A stretch of DNA of 64,000 bases from Phoronis australis (Eukaryota; Animalia; Phoronida). A program made the position numbers and the translations under genes. The notes under the pieces were generated by a model. It had not been told where the DNA came from. It saw only the letters and a program-made list of their open reading frames with translations, and did no database searches. Positions 1 to 13,300 of the stretch are shown piece after piece (the stretch's first letter is position 1; each line of letters opens with the position of its first letter). The stretch spans positions 676,434-740,433 of the forward strand of contig NMRA01000026.1 of NCBI GenBank assembly GCA_002633005.1, written 5' to 3'.

Positions 1-494
1 ATAAAGGCAAAGTTTGTTAAAACTTGCTCATTACTACAAGTCATCGGATAAAGAACCACTATCACAGCATCAGTTTCAGCCAAAGTAACATTTTTTTGAA
101 AAGACGCACAAAGGCACGTAAGCAAGGTTTGAAATGTCGTGATTTGCCAAGCGATGAGTAAATTAATTCTACGTCATTGTCGTATTTTTGCTTGTCTCTG
201 GTGGAGTTTCAGTTTTGAATAGTAAGTGAGCAACTACTCAACTTTTCAAAAACTAGACCACTGAGAACCAAATAGAGGGTATGTCTTTGAAGGCTCACTT
301 TCACATGACAGAAACATTGAACCACTGCTTCTAAATTACCCATTTGTCATTCTTGTCCTTGGTCGGACTTTTTCTTGAAACCAAATACTTTCATGGTACT
401 TAGAACAAAAGTTCAATCCACATTTTCCACGAAATTTATTTGAAAACTGCTATCAAAGACCGGTGACTTTTCCATTTCACTTGACTGTTTGTAG

Positions 495-663
495 GATTCA
501 GCAGCACAGTATAGAGATTGTGGCACCTTTTGTGAAGTACGTCTTTTTTGATCCATCCAACACGTTCTGTCCCCTGAAGTTGCACCTAGTACACGCAGTC
601 ATGTCTACACCTGTATCGCATGCAGTAGTTGACCTCTTGACGCCACTTATGCCAGGACTTCAG
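495..663 (+). CDS. FOCAD: FOCAD exon (first in window) IQQHSIEIVAPFVKYVFFDPS...PGLQ
   Basis: tttgtag acceptor and gtatgt donor; matches human APFLWYLYCEPS...VPCLQ. Confidence 0.85.
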
Positions 664-3600
664 GTATGTTTATGGTGAAAAATATGCAATAATAAAAATT
701 CTACGATTTGCTGTTTCTGGATTTCTCAAAAGCTTTTGACAATGTTAAAAATACTTTTACCAAGTGTTGCTTGATGATGCTTTGTGATATGCTGAAAACA
801 ATAAAAAAGCTGTTAGTAGGTACTTTTGATGAGAATTTCGACGAAATGAAATTCCACTTTTCCACCATACTGTGTCGTAAAGTGAACAATTTTTACCAAA
901 TGCAAAATGGATGGAATTCACAGAACCTAACTTTATTTGCATAACTGCAGATTTTCAAACAGAGTTTGTGTATTCCAGTTGCAGACTGATACCATTGATA
1001 ATTCTTATCTTGTAATTGAGAATTATAGGTCATACGTTATTTTTCATTAACAGGACTTTCATTTTTTCAATCATGAAAAAAGAAATGAAAATATAAGTTT
1101 TGCCGTCGATAATAATGTGCGTCATTTCAATGGAGGCACGTGTCCTCAGCCGTACAACTTGTGTACAGTGATGTAAAATTGTGCGCATGACTGGTTCAGT
1201 GAAAAATGAACTCTATGCAGATGTGTGTATCTGTGTCGTAAGAATCAATAAAAATGGAACATTATGCAAACAAATGCATGTCAACATGGTCAAAGAAGTG
1301 GAAACTTAAATCAATAAAAATTTAACATGACGCTGGCTGTATCTTCTTCTGTGGTTGTAGTCTGGTGACGTTTACGTCACTATGACCAGTCTCAGGTGCC
1401 AGTTGGTAAAGTCTGGCTGCAGTGGTTGCGGCTATAATCATCAGGACCCAGTTGCATAAAAGTTATACGCCGTATAGCAGCAATGACGTTGCATTATCAC
1501 CCGTCACATTGTTATTGTTGAGCAATGCACCTGACACCATGCAACAATCAAACTCATCCAGTGTATAACTTTTGAAGCTTTATGCAACTCAGCCCAGAAA
1601 ATGGATTGATTCCAGCCAGGATGTGTTTCATGAAGTCAGAGTGGCTTGAGACTCGAGACAGAAATTTGGTCTCTCGCTTGCTCCACATTATTATGTCTGT
1701 AAAACAATTTAAATTTACTTTAACAGAAGAATAGTATCTGAGAATATATCCATGATTATTGAGTAAATTTGCAAATTTTATCCAGGCAGACTGGTATGGT
1801 AATAAAAACATGACTGGTCCATGACTGGTCCATGACTGGTCCATGACTGGTCCATGACTGGTCCATGACTGGTCCATGACTATGCTGTGTATTAGCCTTT
1901 GGCTAAAGCATTTTTATATTGTATTTTATTGTCTATAAATAATTAAAATTTTATAAATTATTATTTTTATTATTAGTATTGTCATTGTTATTATTTATTA
2001 TTTATTCAATAATTTTGAAGGACATTAGTCTTAAGTCACTTTTCTTGAAACACACCCCTGGACATATTGGCACAGCATTCTGCACTACAGTAGTACCTAC
2101 CACTGGTGTACAACTATTGTAGTGTCCCCCTTTGTTGGCTATACCTCATTCTCTTCACCTCGATTAAGGCTATGTGTAACTAAGTCACTTGATCTACAGC
2201 TTGAATTGAACATTGAGGATGGATACTTACAAGCACATGGGTGGTTAACCTGAGAGCCAGATGGTTGCGCCAACTGCTCATGACTTTGGAAACTTGAAAC
2301 TCAAATTTCAACACTGCGGTCTGTTTTTAATGCACTCCGTTGAGATAACAGAATACGATATTCACGATGACCGCAACTGCACTACCATTAGAAATTGATC
2401 TTGTTTCCAACATTTGAAGTCCTGCATTACTGTTCTGAATATCATTTCAGTAATTAAAACAAATTATGAGTAAGCACTCGTCCAAGCATTGAGTATGTTA
2501 TGGAAAAATTTTACAAGCTGTGGTGAGCTGTGGCCGCCTAACTGAAAATTCTCTCAAGTAGAGGGTTGGTGCTTTATCTGAGAATTTCAAAAGGAGGGAT
2601 TTGGCTGTTACGTGACAATGGCCGACAAGTGAAGGACATGTCACACCAAGTTAATGCTTTTCCATGCCCATGTTCTCCACCACAGCTACCATTAGCTAGT
2701 GTTATGAAAAGTATATTATCACCATTCAGATCAATGAAACACTTTGAAAATGAAAACAAAAATCAATTTTGGCAACTTTTTGTCCGAAATTGGTGAGATT
2801 TTGCCATTTTCTTCTTAAAGCTAAATGCATGTTTGACAGGCGTGCATTGTTTACAAGCACATTAAAGTCGTGTCCCGCACAATGAAAAAAGTGTAAAGTC
2901 TGTGGTAAAATTGATTTCAGGCAATCGTAAGTTCTATGTAATGGCATTTGCCTTTTACTTGCACTTACTTGTTAAAGCCTAACTTCAACGGAATTTTGTT
3001 ATTTTAGATATATTGGGCTAACCAGATAGTCCTAGCAAAGCCTTAGTAAAATAAAAAAATGCGAGTTCAATCACGCAAATGTAAGTCCGTCAAATGATAA
3101 ATGAAGTTACCTTTTTGTGCCATGTTGCGTCACCGCAAGATCCCAGCACAAACAACAAAAGGCCGATAACAGTTGCATTGATTAGGGGTCTGAATAGAAC
3201 CCCATTGCGTGTGGGTGCTTTTCGCAGCTGTTTGAATTAAAAGGTGATTCTCGTGGTGACGTAGACAAAAGCAAGCCAGTACGCCTAACTGTTCGTTACA
3301 TTTGACAATTTATGGCACTAGTGGGCTCAGAGCGATGCTCTTAACTGTAGGATACAAATTTACGTGATTGACTGTTCAAGATAGTAGAATCCTAGAACAA
3401 TGTCCATATTTGGCTCACTTTGGAATATCATATCTCAGAGAATGGCTGAAACTTTTAAATTGTGCACTGTTCTCCAAAATTCTGTGAAAAATTTGAGGAC
3501 TTTTATGACTTTTGTGGAAAAAATATAAAGTTGCATGAAACGAAAAGGAATTGACATTTTAGAAACTGCAACAACATTTTCGAGATCTCACCTTGAGCAT

Positions 3601-6600
3601 TTATATCAAAAGATTTTAATCGTGTTATTGATACCGTTGTTTTACAAAAGACACGGTCATGTGAACCAATTGAGGACAGACTGTTAAAAAGTCAAAAATC
3701 AAATTCTACAGATATTCTACTTTCAGAAAACATATACTTTTACTGAGTTAAGATCGGTAATTTTGTAGAATATACTTGGCTACGCAGGCCTATCATTAAG
3801 GTAACACGACATAAGTGTAATACTTTTTAAGTATCAACTGAAGATTATAATAAATAGCCGAAACCATGAGCAATCATGGTTATTACCGCGTACATAAAAG
3901 CTGAGGACATTTTGCCAAAGCAAGAGAGCAATAAATTTAAATGCCAGACATGCTAAGCCGAACCCGCCATAATGTGTTGTATGCTGTTAGGTAGACAAAT
4001 TTAATTTGAGTAACTATGATTGATTACCCTAAGGTCTGATTGATCAGCATCCTGAAAAAGAAAGAATAACTTGTCCGTCATATTGTGTATTCAGTTGGTG
4101 AGGTTCTCTTTTTTTCTTTTAGGTATCTGTTGGTCATTTCACTGATACACTTTGCATCATCGAAACTCTAGCAAAGGGTGTTTTGAAGTTGTACTTAGCA
4201 CAGAGAGACTGCAGACAGCGTCGAGGCCAGCTGCACACGCTCTCGTACCATCTGTTACTTCTAGCCGTAAAGATGGCCAAAGACGAAACGGATAATATTG
4301 GCCCACTGCGTCTCTTGCTCGAAATAGCTCATAGTTGTCCTGAAGTGAGTATGGCTGCTTCCAACTACCAACAGGTGGCATTATCTATGATGAAATGTGT
4401 CTCGTATGTGAACACTGGACTTCCCAAAATGATTCGTTTTGCATGAAATAAAATGCAAAAGAATGAAATGTGAGGCACTGAGATTTAATCTAATTTCAAG
4501 TGCTGATTTTTTTATGGTATCAAAAATTATAGAAGTGCTCTGAGAAAACTATTCCTAAATCTCAATTTATAAAAATGGCGACATTATTGTCAGTCAGCGT
4601 GTAAGCCGCCTAATCTTCACCCAGCCGTAGTTACCATAACAACACTTCTCATGATGCATTGCACTTGTGGTAACTATCTGTAAATGGTCGATGTTCCTAA
4701 TGTTATTGTTTCACTCTTGCAGGTTCTGCCATGTGATGATGCTGTTCTCCCTCTAGCCATCTTGTCCAAGTCTAGTCTTGCAAGTCATGGGTTCCACATA
4801 ATTTCCCTTCGTAAGTTAACTGCGTGGGGAGTTGAACAGGATTCTGCCTCTGTTTGTAACTCTGTGCTTGTCACACTGAACTCGTTCTCAGGAGATCCGA
4901 GTTTGTCCAAAATTCTCTATGAAGCGGTGCGAGGATGGATGGCAAAGGGAAATTTGGGCATGCATGTCTTTATTGCTGCACCGCCCATGAGGTGATACCC
5001 AAGAGTTCGGATACTTTGAGCATAGATCGACTAAATTTTGATAATCTGGTTATCTTTAATTTCCCCTTTGAAATATTTCCCCTCGGTATGAATACAATCA
5101 TCACACCGTTTTCCTCCACAACTACGCGCATTTCTGATACTCTTCTCACCTGATGTCCCTAAGTAACTGCGACAATTGCCTTTGAAACTCTTTTGTACAT
5201 TCAAAATTTTAACCCGCCTTCAGTCTAAACTTAAGGTTGGGGAATATCGGGAAAAAGTCACAGGAGGCGAGGTTTGATGACTACAATACTGTAAATAAGG
5301 TGTGGAATGACGATAGTATACGTAGAATCCAAGAACTCCTGGACAATGTGCGATGTGTGAGCAGGCGCATTGTCATGAAGAAGACCCCAGTCATTGTTTT
5401 CCCATTGTTCTGGTCATTTGCGGCAAATACTCTCCCCGCTAAATCGTTTAAAAAAATTGCACCAAAACTCCCCATTAATATTAATTGTCCCTTGAGGAAC
5501 AAATTCCTTCTTAACAATGCACAGTATATTGAAAAAAAAATCAACATGGACACCAAATTGCTTCAAACTTGGAATTAAGTGACTTATGTTGTGCAGAATT
5601 GTGGCCATTGTTGTTTAGTCTTGGGGGTCATAGTCAAAAATCCATGATCCATCACCAGCAATAATCTTAAAAACAAAGTCTGGGTCAGCTCTGACTTGTT
5701 TTTAGAGATCCTGGCAAGTCACACTGTGGCAAGTTTTCTTTGCTGGGCAATTGCAAATTTGGCAAAAATGTGCCTTATGTTCAATTTGTGTGACAAAATG
5801 CACTCTTGTAAGACATTCCTAATGAAACTGCAAATGCTGTGAGTGGTTCTTCGGCGTTCTTCTAGGATAATCATGTGCACTTTCTCAACAGTCTGTGGTC
5901 TTTGTCTCGCACAGTCCTCAGCATTGTCAACAAAAGCTTGACCCTCCTTGAAACGCCAACGCCCTGGTATTGGAACATGGCATATGATTCCTAACTTCCT
6001 GGAAATGTTGATATGTTGCAGCTGTGATGTTGCCATGCTGTGCTTAACTTGTTTTTATCCTCTCTAAAATTCAATCTTTTGTCCCAATGTTAAAGCAAAA
6101 ATGTGATGTACGTTCGTTGCCCCTGCTAATAGACCATTGCAGAATTACTGATTACGGCATAGCTACTTTTTACCTAAACATTCATGAAGTTCAGCGATGC
6201 ATGTGTGCTAAATGATTTACCATACTCACACACGCACACACACGCACATACACGCGTGCACACACACACACACACACACGAATTCGCGAAGAGCGACACT
6301 TGAGACTGCCAGACCACAAATTTCTCATGTTACTTCACAATATCCAAACTACCAACTGGGTAGCACCTTGCTCTGTGGCAAGGTCTCCAATGTTTATTCA
6401 GTTCTCCCTCGGTTCTGGCCATAAATAGATTCAGAGCGCTCGAGAACATAGCGATAACCACTTTGGTGTGACGGGACCTTTAGGTATCATCAAAATTGTA
6501 CAAAACTTGTGCCCAGGGCAAAGGGGGTTTGCGACATGCGTTTTTGATATTTTCTAAAACTGTGGATATCCACTTATCATAGATAACAGTAAAATATTTG

Positions 6601-9600
6601 TTATAGAACTCTTGATGAGGACGGAGCGGTCTACTTAAACATTTGTTTTGTATGCTTTGAGAATGCCATTCATTATCCGCAAACCCTCAACTACCATAAT
6701 CGTTCGGGTTAACGCCCATGCTCAGTTAACCGCCCACCCCCTACTTTAGGTGGATTTTCGATTAACCGCCCACTGCTCGGTTAAGCACCCCCCTGCGATT
6801 TTTGAAGATTTCCAGTTAAGCGCCCACCTCTCGGTTAAGCGCCCACCTCTCGGTTAAGCGCCCATCCCCGACTTTTAAAGAATAAAGATTTAGTGCCTAG
6901 TGCTAAGGAAACGCGCGATTCCCCGACTTTTAGAAAAAGATCAATGATCACAATGAGTGCAACGACACCGGGACTCCGAGACGGTGGTTTAGCAATCTGA
7001 ATTACAATACAGGTAACGAGTTATTGTCTTGGGTGATGAACTCACTTCAAAATATAATACTTGAACCTTTTTGTCACTTTATTTTCTTCCCTTGTTTGCA
7101 AAGTTTAAGAACGCCACCGGCGTCAAAACCTCCACTTTCAGCGACTTTGTCTGCCACGCTGAGTTTCCGTCTGCAGTGCACTAGATAAAACATATATTCG
7201 AAAAAATCAGGCCAGAGAAATGTGACAATGGTTTTGCCAACCCTCCAAATTCTATTAAGGTGGGAAGCTCTCGTATTGTGAAAAAATCTCACAACTCACG
7301 GAAAGATGTCAAATTCTCAATATTTTGATGAATATAATTGCCCGGTTATAGAGGATGTGGGGCGACCGAAGGGACAGTACAAGTGTCTTGCTGGGTTACC
7401 GATTTCGTTGCTGCCTGTCGATTTCTGAATTCAAACGTTGGGAATAATGTATGTTTGTGTATGATCTTGAATTATTAAAAAAGGGCTAGTCAAATTTTGT
7501 TTTTCGCTTATTGCATCTCAGTCAAACTGGTTAGCAGATTTAACTAATGTCGCTGGCTGTTCTTTACTATTTCTTGCGTCAGCCCCCACGTAAGCGTGAC
7601 TGTGTGAATTCATCATTTCCACATCCCCTTTTTAGCCATCCAGAATAATTTTGTTTATACATTGGCCATTTTCAGCCTGAACAAAAGTTCTTACCATTTG
7701 AGTCTGAAATATCTACGACGTAGAGTGCTTGACGATAGTGGTTTCACGCAGCTAGTTACAGGGATGGGCTTAGGGAGCATCGAGCCGGGAAATATGGGAA
7801 CAGACTTGACATCGCAGTTTTGGGGAACATTGGCAACGGAGAAATACCGTAAAGAACTGGGTCTTTCGTAACAACAGCTTAAAAGTACATAGTCACGCCC
7901 GTTTTTGTTACTTCGTCGGACTGTCGCTATGTGTGACTGATTTGTAGTGGTGCACGTGCGCAAGTTCCCAAACTTTGGAGTGCATGTTACCTTGACACGT
8001 GCGAGCTGAATACCGCCACTATCTTTGGCCATAAAAACGAGATGCGTATTGAGAGGCCGTTATATTACTTGATGGCATTTCCAAGTCACGATTGTGAGCT
8101 GACTGAGACATTGCGCGATAACAGCAGGGCCGAACAGTGCCGCAGTGATATAAATAGGATAATCTGCACATCTTGCATGAAAAATAAATTTTTTCCACCA
8201 CAAAGTTTGGTAAGGTGATCGTTTAGAATAATGAATTGAAACATTGCTGTTTTCTGACATTTTGTAACATATTTATGCAGTTGCTTGAAATTTTATTCTT
8301 GATCGACGACTGGCTCGACCACCCCCGATCCTTGTCTTACTTCTTTGCATAGCATGTTTGGCACAACGGCAAGAGAGCAATGCCGGGCTGTCGAGATAAG
8401 ACAGCTAGCCGCAGAACCATACACTGAAAATGTCATTGAGTCACGGAGTGTCGATTATAACATCCCAAACACAAAAAAGCAGCAGAGTTAAGTTTTTCAA
8501 ACTTTTATTACAACCAATTTTAAAACTGCTCTCTGACTCAGAACTTGACAGCTACATATAGTACGAGACTGTAACCATAAATTTGATGTCTGACCTCTGC
8601 AACACGTGAAGCTTGCACGCGCGCACTTAAGCAGGGTCACGTCTTGAAACAGTTTTAATTCTAGTGGAGGCTGCGAAGTCACTGGTCGTCTGCGCACCGC
8701 AGGACGGCACGGGGCTATTTCTGAGCAATTTTGTGAATTTAACAGTGAATGACTAATCTGAGGGCAAGAGAACCTTTGTTGGGATCATCTGCTGTTATGA
8801 CGTTTTCACAGTCATTTGGCGACGTGACGATGAAGCTCTTTGAAAAGGGCTACGCGTTCCGAGTATGATTATCGTGTCGCGATTTAGATCGCCAGGTAAG
8901 ATTAACCGCCCAGGGCGGTTGTCTGTCGTAATAAGCGCCCATGTTCGGTTAACCGCCCATTCCCTACTTTAGGTGGATTTTCGATTTAACCGCCCACTGC
9001 TCGGTTAACCACCCTCCCCCGATTTTTTGGATTCGCCAATTTAACCGCGCAGAGCGTTAACCCGAACGATTACGGGATGTGGCTGATTAGTTTAGTTTAC
9101 GGTGATAGTGGTTTAATTAGTTTGTTTCTTTGCCTTATCGTGACAAAAAATTCAAGATTCGTGATATGTTTGATATTTTTTATCCATCTGTGGTTCAGGC
9201 ATTCAAGTTTTTCATTCAGTATATTCGCCATGGAAGTGTATTAGCCTTGACCACTCTTCTTTTTTTCAGTAGGTCACATCTGTGTTTTCAATCACTTAAG
9301 TCGATGAGCTTAAGTTTTTCCTGGTTGTGTATTAAACACCTACTTCACATTACTCTCCAGTGCAGCACATTTTACCAGCAGTGCAGTGTCGCCTTCTGGT
9401 GGCCAGTTTACTACTGCCCCTTGTCAACATGTTGTCAGCCGCAAAAATGAAGTCTGAGCAGAGTGACGTCTGCTTCCGCTTAATCAAGGACGTACACAGC
9501 AGACTGGAACAGCTGCTTTGCCCTCAACAGGTAAATACAGGGAAGATGTACCTGGAATTTTTTCCTCATTAAAAATCCAATTATGGTTTAAATGCTATGT

Positions 9601-10283
9601 CATTTTTTCTCATCTTAATCTTTCTTTCAGTAAATTCAGAGATACAACTCGTGCTAAGCCATGTCGCTATCGCTTCAATTTTTTTAAAGCATATTTTGAA
9701 GATACTACCATGTGGACTTTTGTGTAGCATTTCAATCATTTCTCTTTTAGAGCAGAAAATTTTCAGGCTAAGAGCGTTCCAGTTTTGGCCCAAGATTTCC
9801 AAGCTTGACTCGCAACTTTTCCAACATGGTTCCTATCTTCGTTGCATCTTGTAGGTAGTGACACCTGGTGACCAGCCACCTGTAGATCTGTCTCCTGGAA
9901 ACTATGGGGTCGCAGTGAAACTGGCCGTCTGGCTTGACCAGCATGGAGAAGAAAGTGAAGCGTGGATGGTGGCGCTGTGTGATCACTCAGGCGAGATGAC
10001 GTCTCAGATCTCATCACCATTTGTTTCGCTGATCGTGACTGGTTTACTCGTATGTGCAGACAGTGTTCAACGGATGAAGGCTGCTCTGAACTGTTTGTGT
10101 GCAGTCGCGAAGTGCGATCCCACCCAGGTGCACATTTTCTCCCAAGTATAGATCCTCTTCAAAACAAAATCTTTTGCCAATTCATGTGTGTCGTATTTCC
10201 TCAACAAACCAAATTGCACTGCGCAAAGTGTTCTAAATTCGTAGTTGGCGAACATCTGCAATACCACTAGTATTGTGAGAGCA

Positions 10284-10327
<44 letters not shown>

Positions 10328-13300
10328 TATAGTGCCTGCCACTTGAACCACACTGGTGCTCAAGATGATGAGAGTTGGCAGGGAGAAAAAGCCATTTTGT
10401 TCATTCACCAACATTTTGAGACATTGAACTTTTTTGCGTAAATCATTTTAAAACTCTACAGCATGTGAATGGTAATCTAACGGCATGATAGTTGCCAAAA
10501 AATCAACAAAAAACACTGGGAGATCTCACTGTGTTAAATTACGAAGAATGCTAAATGCTACCCACCACCTACCCCAACGCCATCTAGTGACAAGACTGAA
10601 AATACGCCCATGGGCGTACTTTTGGGGTGGACTAGTTTTTGGAAATTCCCAGTACGTTGGACGGAAGCAGTCTGGCTTGAAATATTTATCGAGTGAGCAA
10701 ATGCCGGCATTCTTTGGGCCGAGAAATTTTGACCTGGGAAGTGAACACCGGTGTTGGTCGTGATTGGTTGAGCTACTTGTACGTCTTTCATTGCAGGCTG
10801 TTGATTTGCTGTCACTCATGTTGTACAAGTTAGAACACGAGACAGACCCTGAGTGCGTTCATCACATTCTATGTAGTATTCCCAGGCTGGCCACGCATAA
10901 AGTGAGTCTCATCAGGATGTTGGGTGTGTGTAACGCATTCGCTCATCTTGTTGGGTGTTGGGGTGTTTAGTGAAGACGTATCTACCGCTACTTTGAAGAG
11001 ATTTGACCCGCAAATGGGAATAGAAATATTCAGTCATGTATCACATTTTCAAAAATTTTGCTGGCATACATCAAGGAGGGAAAGTCACGCCCAAAGTTCA
11101 ACTCTCCTCTTGTGTAGGTTCAAAAAATGTATTTGACTGATTGGCCTAGTTTTCAAAATGTTAAGCCACTCAGTTAACGTTTCTGTGTAGAGGCAGATGA
11201 CAAAAGAGCAACATATTGCACCAATTCAGCTTGTAGTTTTCTTTGGTGTAACTAATTCTTTAGCATGTTATCAGTGGACAACTGTGGAGCAAGAGCCTTG
11301 CCTGCAGAACTTAGTGGATGCTGTGATATTTTGGATTGTGACTTGTAGTACCGATTTATGACCGAAAGTATGTCTATCATGGTCGATGCTCTGGCCATTT
11401 TTCATGGCTGGTTCTCTATTCTGTAGCTCCCTCTACTGTCTGTAAATATCATCGACCTTTTTTTCAAAACTTATCAAAATTTCTCTCATTTTGATTTCCA
11501 CATTGAGCTATTGTGATTTTTAGCTTACTTAGTTTGTAGAATTTTGTCATCGAATTGTTCAAGACCTGGTTGAATGATTATGTTTGATTAGAGATACAGT
11601 TTGGCGTCCATTTTTAGGTTTGTGTTCCTAAAGTCCTTCAAGCTTTACTGTCTCTGCGAAAATACGAGCCCCTGACCCCTTCCTGCTTAACGCACTTAAC
11701 TACCTTGTGGAGACTGGAAGACAGGTGTTACCCTCACCTCGCCCAGGTGTTGGCCGAGAAATGTCATCGTCTTGACAGGGCGAGTCAAGAATTGAAGATT
11801 AGTGTTGCCATGGCGCTGAAGGAAGTTTGTACTTGCAGGTACTTTCTTATAGTAACTGTTCATGCTAATCAAATACAAATAATTTGATGAAAAATATTTT
11901 TTTAATTAAAAAGTTAGCAGACTTGAATGGATATGTAATTAGAGTAGCTCTAGCAACAACTCGTTAAGAGTGATGACAGGTCAGGTAAAATTGATGGTGA
12001 CGGTCATGGTGAAATGCTTAAGAAAACAACAGTAAAAGTTCTCTAGTTTGGGACAGCCTCTGAGACTCGGGACTCAAGCCAAAATTGAATTTTCTTGGTT
12101 CTGAGGATTTGGGACATGGAAGATTTTGGTGTGCGTCATATTCTCAAATTATAGGACTCTGCATTTTGAATCTGTGGAGTCTGAAATTAGAGTTGATAGT
12201 TCGTAGCATTGTTGGAAATAGCCAAGTGTGTTGACCAGAATTCCCGAATTTGGCGCAGCCACTGTTGCCTTTTTCTAAAATTTGTTATAAGTTCCAACCT
12301 TGAGCAAAGTAATTAAAATTTTCACTGTAGTCGTGTTCATCTATAGATGGTAAACCACCCAAACTGTTTAAAAGAACCAAAATGCTGTAAATTTCAAATT
12401 GTTAAAAAATGTACTAGGTTCTAAGTAAAAATGAGTTATGCACTTCCTGTAGCTCTGCACTTCCTGTAGCCCCACACTTCCTGCAGCCCCACACTTCCTG
12501 TAGCCCCATACTTCCTGTTGCTCCACACTTCCTGCAACCCCACACTTTCTGCAGCCCCACACTTCCTGTAGCCCACGCTACCTGTAGCCCACACTTCTTG
12601 TAGCCCCACACTTCCTGCAGCCCCACACTTCCTGTAGCCCCATACTTCCTGTAGCTCCACACCTGCAACCCCACACTTCCTTTACCCATTGATGAGATAT
12701 ATCCAACTCCATTCACTACAGCAATGTTGGAAGCCTTTGGAAAATGAAAAATGGGCAATTATTTTTATCCGAAATTGGTAAGATTTCTGCATTTTGCCAT
12801 GTTATGAAGTGTGTCACTAGACTGTCATTGTGTGTGGTGGACAAAACGTCAGCACCACTTGCAATTCAAACAAGCATGAAGGGGGGGGGGCAATTTAAAG
12901 CAGTGTGGTTTTGCAGCAGGTTTAAAATCTTTGCGATCATCACACCACACTTGTTTTTAGAGAATGTTGAAATGGCTCACGCAACGAAGCAGCGTCAGGA
13001 AACATTTGTGGCTTTAAATGAAGTAAATTAATTAATCTACTGCTGTTGTATAAGGCAGGAAAAAGCTACATATGCCCTCTTTTTCATATCTCGTGGTTAT
13101 CTCTCTTGGTAATGCTGTGGAAGATAGTCATAGGGAGTGTCTCAGAAATGTTAAGATAATTACTCTGAAATGTATTAATAAGAGAAAATGGTTTTACTGC
13201 GGTTTTGTACTCCAGACATGTTTGAGTTTCTTTTACTTAGGAACAAAAATGCCAGTTGACTCCCATTTGCTAGGAAACAAAACGAATGTACTGTAGAAAA

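Noticed and set aside
1554-1877. ORF beginning MDQSWTSHGPV repeats
   Set aside because: It is the product of the 11-bp tandem repeat, followed by non-coding-like sequence.
12368-12758. Repetitive ORFs (GSVGLQEVWGYRKC...) as a repeat protein
   Set aside because: They are translations of a 17-bp minisatellite in several frames, with no splice or homology support.
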